DNA of 64,000 nucleotides from Akkermansia sp. (GTDB lineage: Bacteria > Verrucomicrobiota > Verrucomicrobiia > Verrucomicrobiales > Akkermansiaceae): NCBI GenBank assembly GCA_045132635.1, contig JBGUSR010000026.1:983-64982 (forward strand), given 5' to 3'. Positions 9,601 through 15,667 of the stretch are shown here, in pieces. The notes beneath the pieces are model-generated. The model searched no databases. It worked only from the letters and a program-made list of their open reading frames with translations, and was not told where the DNA came from. The position numbers were made by a program, and so were the translations under genes. Position 1 is the stretch's first letter; each line of letters starts with the position of its first letter.

Positions 9601-10830
9601 ATTCTGCGCCGCAGATGAGCTGAACAGCAGATTCTCCGTAAAATACAAATCCGCATTGTTCTGCGCCACATAACCGTTTCCATAGTTATACCAGTTCTGG
9701 TTATTCTTCACCCCGGACAAATCGCCCCAGGTGCTCAGACCGTCCTTCAGGCCGATATGCGAGGTCAGCACATTGCCCTCGGCATCCTTGATTTTACCGG
9801 CATAGAGGGTGGTGCTGTTGGAGCCGTCGCTCTGGGTGCCCACCACCTCATCCACGGCATTCAGATAAACGGTATTCCTGCCATCCACTGCGGATACGGA
9901 TGACATATCGACGCTCTTGTTAAATGCATTCAGTACTTCCTGGTATTTGTTGGTGTAGCTCAGGTAGGTGCAATTGGTGCCATCGGACAAGGCCGTGCAG
10001 CCCCAGAACTTGTACACGCCCTCCTCGGCATCGTAAACGTACACCGGGCTGCCGGAATCACCCGCCAGTGCGGCATACGGCAGTGGGTTGGTGGCATTCA
10101 CACCGTTGAACGTCGTACCGACACGAAGGCCGCCGGCACTGGTATCATTCAACGACAAGGGGTCAATGATACCGCCCGTCTCATACACATAAGCCTGGTA
10201 CGGCAGGTTGAGTCCGGGGTACTGGTGATAACCAGCCCCGCTATGGTAGAACATGTTCGTACCCTGTACCAGGTCACGGGCCTCCTGAGTGCTGCTGCAT
10301 GCCTCCACAGGAGTAATATCCGTGAATATCTTGCTCTGGCGGGAAATGCGGTAGTCCACATAGCGGCCGTCATTGTAGGCATTGCTGAACACGCTGGACC
10401 CGCCGATGGAAACGCTCTTGTAATTGATACAATGAGACCCGCCAATGCCGTACACTTCAGATGTGAAACTGGAGGACTGCTCCCCGTTGTGGCCCACGGT
10501 CACCGTAATCGTCGGAGAAATGGCCGCGGCAATGGAACGGTTGTAGCCGGCAGAGAAATCAATCATTCCCTGCGCATTTGAAATCACGTAATCTGCCTTA
10601 CCGTTGGTATAGGTAATGGCAATACCTCCCTCCTGCTGGCGAATATAATGCAGCAGAGCATTACCACCATCCCCGGCTATGTATCGACCGCAGTTCTGCC
10701 CAAAATCCGTGTATGTTACCAGAGTAACGGCAGAATGCATCGATGCAGCCTGAACCGTGTGACAGGCCACAACCGCTGAAAACAATGCCAGCAGAGAAGA
10801 ACGGAGAGAAAGAGGCAGGTGCAGTTTCAT
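664..10830 (-). CDS. giant (3,388 aa) secreted surface protein: N-terminal S6-like serine peptidase domain, long beta-helix with autotransporter-associated beta-strand repeats, C-terminal PEP-CTERM anchor
   Basis: Signal peptide MKLHLPLSLRSSLLALFSAVVACHTVQA. Candidate catalytic triad H114 (TVTVGHNG), D159 (YVDYRISRQSKIFTDITP) and S259 (LAGDSGSPVYVYD), with IgA1-protease/SPATE-like spacing. G/T/N/S/A-rich repeats include GAGTLVLTGANTYANTTTVNAGVLR. The last 25 aa, VPEPATTTLSLLALTALAMRRRRK, have the PEP motif, TM helix and Arg cluster. Confidence 0.9.
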   Translation of the reverse strand: MKLHLPLSLRSSLLALFSAVVACHTVQAASMHSAVTLVTYTDFGQNCGRYIAGDGGNALLHYIRQQEGGIAITYTNGKADYVISNAQGMIDFSAGYNRSIAAAISPTITVTVGHNGEQSSSFTSEVYGIGGSHCINYKSVSIGGSSVFSNAYNDGRYVDYRISRQSKIFTDITPVEACSSTQEARDLVQGTNMFYHSGAGYHQYPGLNLPYQAYVYETGGIIDPLSLNDTSAGGLRVGTTFNGVNATNPLPYAALAGDSGSPVYVYDAEEGVYKFWGCTALSDGTNCTYLSYTNKYQEVLNAFNKSVDMSSVSAVDGRNTVYLNAVDEVVGTQSDGSNSTTLYAGKIKDAEGNVLTSHIGLKDGLSTWGDLSGVKNNQNWYNYGNGYVAQNNADLYFTENLLFSSSAAQNAVVLNATVDLGVGYAEFSAAGDAPVSYTVSSASGGNFMLNSAGYLVNENVSLHLQLTSSDTHMYEWRKIGAGDMYIEGSGDNNILLNLGGSGSTYLKRTGGYAAYNVLVNNGARVVIDDIGQIERDFTFGNKGGVLDMNGQSMYWYTTSTSETIADAGFTINALTEDAVIANSKGSSTLIYRQSGDTTFLGSFQDTADSSLKIQYAGGGTWVLNSVHTNLQKENSGLQVDNGKVVLRGTNTIHAAGSANGVNANRYTNANDWHYADAAMDVTVKNGATFELGDHARLTGDVTVESGGTYVMREGVTHAQEYVEGGQRLEDVSKYAAFYGHKGDTVLNGGTLKVEYSSGVTVNNTYAGNISGTGNMSVDLKDWSLTFTLSGDNTFTGTKTLVCGGLIADSATALGDTSTNKWVIQDDAWIASHKETGAQLLEHIDTSSTGTLVLSSDSEQLNIAGYNNLFIGAEAGKTVQYGTHGTTETLNAADGAWRLGGGGGTLVVNYVLSGDNDLLLGATENSTGVVHLTNQGNSFTGNIVFSGEGVLLTYEDGALGSAIVDLSYGNASELYSASDVMRMSTGSDGMVLVDNFSDNAIALQNHPSLTVGVAADKTWSGEFWLAENQAYRFGAINGATFTVNTALESGRDLIIDAQGSSGGKVVLDASAITGQVSVMGRNDGTGGDITLVISQDDALSAASGVSVLNGGILDLGGTSHVLHNVEVQSGGRINGTSAGNLIFNITEDSSVAGRLQLGTVEKTGAADLALSADAGSSWSLLTISEGSVTVGSGSLGSNIKLAGGVLAAGSGAAVNYSGTISIADGATECIRGGAWKLTGAENIVNNGTLNLQNSKLYFNSTSGQTLRGTLNAVGSSELHSIESNGADNMQKQLEHIHVASGNELKIVDHTWNTIWHIDKLTGDGTFKWNPQNTHYYSSSVVIDGDGGFSGTLDFYRQHDPGYADTAATYSKNFQAYLQIDSEEAISGATVNLVGTWALYANRDAYATLALNDERIKIGGLKATDSPVFAHVMAGAAPSGVSRSAPDSTRSTTLEITGSGNYQYKGTIGTEGDKTSSYGVSIAMTGTGTQLFNGSTVVVNDVAALNGTLNFNSTGLYIKGDVTVAQGATLKLNDSFTLGSGHTLNVVAGANGGAAVLNSGLVFDGGTLHFDVLSSSSAALAVNGSISASDAGGMNLTFADTDALQLGVKYLLASGDWSAMEDRISLFTPELYKQMTLETGNSGLSIQLDMKEGFAYWGGNYSEVQPGNKLVFMGGEGNLSRLEITGGAQADTAVFDNEADFTISSTDGSALAIGTMGKYDTGALVVNTNVTADTLLVEDTSALKGTGKLAVGEISGTGTLQVAGGAHLQVESGEGATLHLQDGAMLTTTGTALGTDLILGEDEAASRVNLDIQGSELSLNGAFEAKENTTLVVQGTGALNTHTGMNELAEIQLSSTNTLNVGTTLSTKVAQNGATVNVNNGGVWQLTADRGTLDGAVVVNTGGQLAGSDLVTENTMTVAGNVSYDSLTVQNGGKLVMQNGGTLDAAHAVTIANGGTLELNGVSFTNKAELTDGGVVNAQGATIAGGAEIIATSGTGTLSAGNGTLTVNGHIGAAAGATLRLEGNRVDIYAANINTGGGVLELSGNTYLGYRTAYATQNIGGTLSVVTNSTLHTEQGDPSRYQNITHNINHLHISDGKKLTITDSSSDWNHIYNIASLTGRGEIEWQGVNRWFDNTSSGPSRLVLSSANSFEGTLLVNQLDNHGSMQHVSLAHDYAAKNMVINMWGDSNSRPGLAISIQNAHVAGIGGTTNTFVYAGGIKSYGNGANPVSSALNTLTINTAGKDHTYNGTILGDASNGLNIVKDGAGKQTFTNSANVVHDVTALQGSLEFTAASTVHGDISIAQGAELTLGSEYSLNAGQTLNVLAGADGMPAVLNSNLVLNGGSLMFGAYNTSTAALSVQGVSLGSDFTSLNVLFGNTTSITAGASYLLAGGDWSALDGKLVYDAGDYLTATLSASGNGLLATFALADSYTVWTGNESVLQPDAKVVFGSMGGSSEVVLSGSTSVGTAYFDNLRDVTVSSANGATLTASRIEKHGAGALVINNTVNVDTLRVAESSQLAGSGLVAVDSMEISKGAQATVNNLTLAVESEITGAGSLRMGQGSTLQVQNATTGNVQLMDGSTLTAAGNEVRTNLTLGDSGADSRVTMSFGGSSLALTGNVAVQGNTTLAVQGSGALAFNSAFNQLATLELQKGVSLNLNSALTTGLHLNGGTAVASGTSSGNKILQGNITITNGGSLTFAGDESVCDTLNHQAMGKNVTVSGGTLDFGTTRQTMGSWELRLSDGAQVLGSGGKYGEKYAAMDFNTNNSTIYATSGSSTISAKTRLRDGNNLNYDVSKDATLTVNGLIHADDVAGKGSITKEGAGTLVLTGANTYANTTTVNAGVLRTSTNGALGTSAVVINGGVLELAPAGGESVNASILKGAVTVNDGGTLRLGGSNNKVVDTNVTINAGGRMEFTGSGSDMIDYTNGKSKTITVNGGVIDVGTTRQTMQNTALVLKNGAKIEGAGGSYGASYTAGLDYNTASSIVVESGENTIDSNIRIRNVKLTFDVRDDAELALNGRMHYDTNDGKSIVVEKQGGGRMEVNSLVKLATLNPKGGELVLAHTGAQNVLGMLDASQGGTSRGTLSLAQNVDLKVTGKIYGCSTSTIKLESGAQLTSTEDGVIIAHGGGTGSASIVCNASDGEYTVGNADFELTNARLKYDSSVARTLSNKLTNSTIENMNSGGKLLTVDNQHNTLAGVVASRGDINVLNQEALSLNVLEVATGKSVGMYTGGNTSSAKAAVAVSSSAVFGAGAALTTASLTMADGATLEMTGTVDAVQLNGAALTFGSGVQLGDNLLAAMQALEYGETLALFSGVGEFNMPVVAAAAELESSRVLASSVFANVQNANLYVDFQVIDNVGSLLVVNVPEPATTTLSLLALTALAMRRRRK

Positions 10831-10931
10831 AATCCTGAAAGAACCTGTCTATTCTACCCTTTCTGCTGCCCGAGGTACAGGAAAAAATGCAGGTGCAGAC
10901 ACTTTGTTCAATACGCGTGCAACGCCCGAAC

Positions 10932-10970
10932 AAAAAAAAGGCCGCGCAACCGGGTGATAGTAGCGCGGCC
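10932..10970 (-). terminator. rho-independent terminator of lipA
   Basis: Stem ggccgcgc / gcgcggcc (10940-10947 / 10963-10970). On the minus strand it is followed by a run of 8 T (a-run 10932-10939). It lies 21 nt after the lipA stop. Confidence 0.75.
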
Positions 10971-10990
10971 GATGATTGGATTCGAGGATT

Positions 10991-11908
10991 TTACTTCCTG
11001 CTGGCAAGATAGGCGTTCATGGCTTCCATGATATCCAGCTCCGGGCGGAAGGCGGCATCATGGTGGGAGGAGCGGATAAGCGGGCCGCTGGCCACATGGC
11101 GGAAGCCCTTGCCAAGAGCAACCTCGCGCAGCTCGTCGAACACCTCGGGACGGATGTAATCGATGACCGGCAGGTGGCGGGGAGAGGGGCGCAGGTACTG
11201 TCCCATGGTGAGCACGGTCACACCATGTTCGCGCAGGTCGTCCATGGTGCGCTCGATTTCCTCGCGGGTCTCACCCAGACCAAGCATGATACCGCTCTTG
11301 GTCACCACACGGCCGGGTGCCATCTCGAGGGCACGCTGAAGCATGCGCAGGGACACGCGGTACTTGGCGCGGAAACGCACAATCGGGGAAAGACGCTCCA
11401 CGGTCTCGAGGTTATGATTGAAGATATGCGGAGCGGCATCCATGACCATGGCCAGGGCATCCTCATTTCCGTTGAAATCGGAGGTGAGCACCTCAAGCAC
11501 GGTCTGAGGGCTGAGCTCACGGATGCGGCAGATGATTTCGGCCATGTGGGCAGCGCCGCCATCCTTCAGATCGTCGCGCGTCACCATGGTCACCACGGCG
11601 TGGTTCAGCTTCATGTGCGCCACACTCTCGGCTATCTTGCGAGGCTCCTCCGGGTCGAGGGGCTTGGGCCTGGCGGTGCGGGTGGCGCAGAACCCACAGG
11701 CGCGGGTGCACACATCACCACAAGCCATGAAGGTGGCCGTGCCGTGGCTCCAGCACTCACCGCGGTTGGGGCACATGGCCTCCTCGCAGACGGTCACAAG
11801 ACCATTATCCTTGATGAGGTGCTGCACATCTTTGAACACCCTGCCCTTCGGCAATTTCACTTTCAGCCAGGACGGCTTGCGTGCGCTCTGATTCTGTTCT
11901 TCCGACAT
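10991..11908 (-). CDS. lipA: lipoyl synthase (radical SAM)
   Basis: 305 aa. N-terminal cluster motif CEEAMCPNRGECW and radical SAM motif CTRACGFC. Overall LipA-like sequence (KLPKG..., VTMVTRDDL, IMLGLGET). Confidence 0.93.
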   Translation of the reverse strand: MSEEQNQSARKPSWLKVKLPKGRVFKDVQHLIKDNGLVTVCEEAMCPNRGECWSHGTATFMACGDVCTRACGFCATRTARPKPLDPEEPRKIAESVAHMKLNHAVVTMVTRDDLKDGGAAHMAEIICRIRELSPQTVLEVLTSDFNGNEDALAMVMDAAPHIFNHNLETVERLSPIVRFRAKYRVSLRMLQRALEMAPGRVVTKSGIMLGLGETREEIERTMDDLREHGVTVLTMGQYLRPSPRHLPVIDYIRPEVFDELREVALGKGFRHVASGPLIRSSHHDAAFRPELDIMEAMNAYLASRK

Positions 11909-11938
11909 GGTCGTGTTGAAATATGATGAAGAAAAATC

Positions 11939-12154
11939 TTAGCGAAGACCGCGGCTGCGGAACCAGGAATCCAACTCGGCGGCTTCCTTCGGAGTCAGCT
12001 CCACGGACTTGGTCACTTCCTCGATAAAGCGGGTCAGCAGCTCAGACATACTATCACCACGTTCCTTCACCAGGTGCGTGAATTTTGCGTGCAGCTCGGC
12101 ATTCAGCCAGAATGTCACCGGTCGTTTACTTGCGTCTCTCTTAACGGGGGGCAT
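11939..12154 (-). CDS. small ribbon-helix-helix-like protein (71 aa) upstream of lipA
   Basis: ATG start. KRPVTFWLNAELHAKFTHLVKERGDSMSELLTRFIEE fits a beta-strand/helix/helix (CopG/Arc-like) pattern. It lies 30 nt upstream of lipA on the same strand. Confidence 0.55.
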   Translation of the reverse strand: MPPVKRDASKRPVTFWLNAELHAKFTHLVKERGDSMSELLTRFIEEVTKSVELTPKEAAELDSWFRSRGLR

Positions 12155-12797
12155 ATCAGTTACTTATCTCGTTGCCGCTAACCTTACCACAGCAACACCC
12201 CACCTGCAACCCCAAATAAAGACAGCTGACAGAGTGAAATTTAGGTGTCTAAATGCGCCATTTCATACCCCTTTTTACATCATAAAACAGGGCATTTCGG
12301 GCATCTTTTCGGTATAATTACACCTGGTGTTATAATTTATGCTAATGTTTGTGGCTGTAATGTTTGTAAAGTTCGTCACACCTCCGTTTTGCGACATTTT
12401 ATGCACCCACGGCAAACAAGGTGCAAAGAAGCGTTCATTCCATACTAAACAGCCGCACAAGCGGCATGAATGACAAACAGGCGAGCACTGGTCAAATTTC
12501 CCGGTTCCAGTCTGAATTTGCGCAGATTCAGCATTTTTTGCGCTGTACTTACACCACATCGTCTAAAATACATATTTCGTTTTTGTGCTTATAGTTACAG
12601 CAGCGCGCAAACATCAAAAACAACCATTTCGCCCATAAAAGGAGTCAAACACCCTGTTTCTGACCACGAGAACAGCCGGCAGAGCACTGGGCCGCCCAGG
12701 TGGCGCAAAAACACCATCCAGAACCAAAAATAGCCGTGCAATCCCCCGGAATACACGTTTCATCGCCGCCAGAATGGTCCAAATTGAGCATTCTTAC

Positions 12798-12832
12798 AAC
12801 AGAAAATCCTGCAAGTTAAGAACTTGCAGGAT
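12798..12832 (-). terminator. rho-independent terminator of the MBL-fold gene
   Basis: Perfect 12-bp stem atcctgcaagtt / aacttgcaggat with loop aag. On the minus strand it is followed by ttttct. It lies 30 nt after the stop at 12862. Confidence 0.75.
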
Positions 12833-12861
12833 TCTTAAAAAATAAGGCAATTTCAGCAAAA

Positions 12862-13671
12862 TCACTCTAAAAGCAGGATTTCACCATCATTGGGCACATG
12901 AATGGTGCCGGTGAAGTTCTGAGCAGCCTCTGCAGAGTATGCAGAGCGACGATTTGCCAGAGTGGTGTCCTCGGTATGGTAGAGGACGAGGTGCTTCACG
13001 CCAAGAGTCGCGGCAAGGCGGCCGGCATCAAGCGCGGTGCTGTGGTGCTTCTCATAGGGTTTGAATACCCCGGCATCGGCATGAAGGCAGAACGCCTCGC
13101 AAAGCAACCAGTCGGCAGCGCGGCAGAGCGCCTCGTTGCGCTCATTGTAGGGCTCATCCCCCAGGCAGACGAAACGCTGGCCATCCGGCAGGATGATGCG
13201 ATACCCGAACTGCCGTGCCTTGGTGGAACCGATATCGAAGGCCACCGCCTGCATGCCGGCAGCAGAAAACGGCTGTCCATCCTTCAGCGGGCAGAAAAGA
13301 ATATCCCCACCAAAATGAGCCGTGACCTTGCCGGGCAGTGTGGCACGGCAAATCATCTCCAGACTCTGCAGACCTTCCTCATGACCATACACGCGCAGGG
13401 AGCCTTCATACTTGCCGGCGTTCATGGCCTGGGCAATCATGCGCACCACCCACACTACGCCAAAGATATGGTCAGTGTGCGTGTGGGTCAGGAAAATTTC
13501 ATGAATACCGGAGAGAGGAATCCGGGCCTGCTCCAGGCGAGCAAGAATACCATTGCCGCCGCCACCATCCGTCAGCAGATACTGCGTACCATTCCGCACA
13601 GCAAAGCAGGTATTATAGCAACGGGTGACCGCCGCATTGCCGGTGCCCAGCATTATCAGGGAGCATTTCAT
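12862..13671 (-). CDS. MBL-fold metallo-hydrolase (RNase Z/ElaC-like)
   Basis: HxHxDH motif in LTHTHTDHIFG. The N-terminus MKCSLIMLGTGNAAV resembles the RNase Z/MBL start. The track ORF extends to 13713, but the ATG at 13671 gives the canonical N-terminus. Confidence 0.75.
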   Translation of the reverse strand: MKCSLIMLGTGNAAVTRCYNTCFAVRNGTQYLLTDGGGGNGILARLEQARIPLSGIHEIFLTHTHTDHIFGVVWVVRMIAQAMNAGKYEGSLRVYGHEEGLQSLEMICRATLPGKVTAHFGGDILFCPLKDGQPFSAAGMQAVAFDIGSTKARQFGYRIILPDGQRFVCLGDEPYNERNEALCRAADWLLCEAFCLHADAGVFKPYEKHHSTALDAGRLAATLGVKHLVLYHTEDTTLANRRSAYSAEAAQNFTGTIHVPNDGEILLLE

Positions 13672-13815
13672 GCCCACTATACTACACCTCCGGCTCCGGA
13701 TTTTCAACCTCAAAACACACGCTTGTTAGCACCAGCACATGTGTCCCAAGGATTTCACATTTGACTGCATTATCAACACCGTTTTGGAGCCTGCTCCCCT
13801 CTTTATCTGACAAAT

Positions 13816-13964
13816 GGCGATTTGCCGGGGTTAGAAATCAATCGGAGCACGGGACTTCAGTCCCGAAAACTCAAGCGATGAGGGACTAAAGTCCCTTGCT
13901 CCGACAAAAAACAGTTGCTCGCCAAACTCCCATTTGGCGCAGCAATCCTTGGGACACATGTGTA
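13816..13964 (+). repeat. dispersed structured repeat, full copy 1 (149 bp)
   Basis: Near-identical to 26713-26860. Outer 7-bp stem cggagca(13843-13849)/tgctccg(13897-13903) encloses hairpins cgggac-ttca-gtcccg and gggac-taaa-gtccc. A further hairpin ttgctcgccaaa-ctccca-tttggcg(c)agcaa spans 13915-13945. The copy ends in the palindrome acacatgtgt. Confidence 0.85.
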
Positions 13965-13975
13965 GCACCAGATTT

Positions 13976-15157
13976 CTATTGCGGCTGCACTGTAGTGCTG
14001 CCGTCGGCATGCAAAGAAAGGGTATAATTGCCACCTGCGGTAGTGGCATAGCGGCGCTCACAGAGCGGAGCCGGGTTGCCGGCAGAGTCCCAGAAATACT
14101 CCCGCTGCAGGGTGCCGGCATCATCATAAAGACACACCCGCTCCGCGTATCCCAGCGCACGATTATCCACCGGCAGGCCATCTGCCCCGCCGAAGAATTC
14201 CCACTCCAGCAGCCCCCGGCTGTTGCAGCGCATGAGATGCTCTGCACAGGCGCGGCAAACCGATTGCGGGGCACCGTCCACCCCCAGGAAACGGCGGCGC
14301 TCCAGATGGATGGAATCCTTGCTTTCCTGGCGAAGACCAGCAGCCCCCATCTGCGGATGCACTACCGGGTCACCGCCAGCATTCTGCCAGCTGCGGCAGG
14401 TGCCGCCCTCCTGCGGCTGATATTTCTCCACGGCAATTCCGTGGGCATTATCCGCCGGCACACCGTCCACCAGGTTGCGCCGCACCACGCTTCCATCCGC
14501 GCCGTATTCATAGCGCACCAGCTCCTCGCCCTGCGCATCCGGTGCCGGATTTCCGTCCGCATCCAGGTGCAGAATACTCTCCGGCCGGCCCTGCGCATCA
14601 TAGCTGATGCGGCATTCTGCATAGCCCGGAAAACGCGGCGAGACCAGTGCGCCCGCCGCATTCCGGAACTGGCTGCGGATATGCCGGCCAGCGGTATCAT
14701 AGGCAAATTCCCGCACAGCCACCCCCTGCGCATCCTCAGCCAGCACCCCGGTAGCATCCCGGTTCTCGCGGCGGATGAGGTGTCCCGCAGCATCATAAAC
14801 AAGCCGCTGCTCCGCCACCCGGCTGCCCGGCAGCGCCTGCACAAAGCCATCCGCACTCACCGATTTCATGCGCTGCAGGCGCCCCTGGGCATTGTACTCC
14901 AGGCGCACATGCGGCACCCCCGACACCCCGGCCTCGCCCAGCAGCTGAATGCCACGCGGAGGCTCAGCCCCGGCAGGGTTATGCACGCCGGCATAACAAT
15001 AATAACGCGGCACGGCATCATGCACCACAGCATGATAAATACCCAGCCCCAGCACCGCCGCAAACAGACACACCGCCGCCAGGCTGCCCAGGTAATTCCA
15101 GGCTGTCTCAAACAGGGACCTCAGTACCCCGGCGCCGCGCTCTGCCCAATTCCGCAT
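13976..15157 (-). CDS. membrane-anchored protein with YD/RHS-like repeats
   Basis: 393 aa with an N-terminal TM helix (LGSLAAVCLFAAVLGLGIYHAVV). Recurring units include LVYDAAGHLIRRENRDATG, FAYDTAGRHIRSQFRNAAG, ISYDAQGRPESILHLDADG and YEYGADGSVVRRNLVDG. The longer + ORF 13934-15568 is R/H/A-rich with no motifs and was rejected. Confidence 0.6.
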   Translation of the reverse strand: MRNWAERGAGVLRSLFETAWNYLGSLAAVCLFAAVLGLGIYHAVVHDAVPRYYCYAGVHNPAGAEPPRGIQLLGEAGVSGVPHVRLEYNAQGRLQRMKSVSADGFVQALPGSRVAEQRLVYDAAGHLIRRENRDATGVLAEDAQGVAVREFAYDTAGRHIRSQFRNAAGALVSPRFPGYAECRISYDAQGRPESILHLDADGNPAPDAQGEELVRYEYGADGSVVRRNLVDGVPADNAHGIAVEKYQPQEGGTCRSWQNAGGDPVVHPQMGAAGLRQESKDSIHLERRRFLGVDGAPQSVCRACAEHLMRCNSRGLLEWEFFGGADGLPVDNRALGYAERVCLYDDAGTLQREYFWDSAGNPAPLCERRYATTAGGNYTLSLHADGSTTVQPQ

Positions 15158-15214
15158 GCAGAAAGGACGCTAACTCTCTGCATGCGTGCCAAAAAACAAT
15201 TAGAAATACGCAGC

Positions 15215-15490
15215 TCAGCAGTGGCTCTGCATCCGCCGATACGCCGCACGCATACACAGCACGCTCACCAGCAGCATGAACCCCGTGCCCAGCAAGGCAG
15301 GCACCCAGTTCACCTGGTCACCAGCCTGCCACAAACGCACCCACGATGCCAGCGGCAGCGCCGCCACGACAATGGCCAGCAGTACCCACACGCTCGACAC
15401 CGCTACACGGCGCGCAGCGCGCTGGTGCGGCCGGGAATGCCGGCGAAATGTCATCTCAACCTCTTTCTTCTTACGGTATTTGCCACCCAT
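15215..15490 (-). CDS. small two-TM membrane protein (91 aa), hypothetical
   Basis: ATG start, basic N-terminus and two hydrophobic helices (VWVLLAIVVAALPLASWV, ALLGTGFMLLVSVLCM). It lies 57 nt upstream of the YD-like gene on the same strand. No family recognised. Confidence 0.45.
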   Translation of the reverse strand: MGGKYRKKKEVEMTFRRHSRPHQRAARRVAVSSVWVLLAIVVAALPLASWVRLWQAGDQVNWVPALLGTGFMLLVSVLCMRAAYRRMQSHC

Positions 15491-15667
15491 ATTGTCTCAT
15501 ACTCTAGCACAATAATTTACATTGGCAAGCATATTTCGCCAATTTTTGACGCAAAAACGAGCATTTAGCCTTGAATATCGGGGATTTTTCGATAAAATAC
15601 GCCGCACGAGATAATTGCTTTCTGCAATTTATCGCGAAGAATTCAACCCAATATATAATTAGTAACT

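Noticed and set aside
13843-13903. Possible hammerhead ribozyme in the three-way junction of the repeat (contains GAUGAG before a hairpin and GAAAA after the other)
   Set aside because: The junction strands are 0, 16 and 1 nt long. The CUGAUGA box is not present before a stem that is followed by GAAA, so the conserved core order and spacing of hammerheads is not met on either strand. I recognised no match to other small ribozyme cores either.
13934-15568. 544-aa + ORF spanning two minus-strand genes and their intergenic region
   Set aside because: It is Arg/His/Ala/Pro-rich with no TM or domain logic, and it begins inside the structured repeat. The minus-strand alternative has an ATG start, a TM helix and periodic YD-like repeats.
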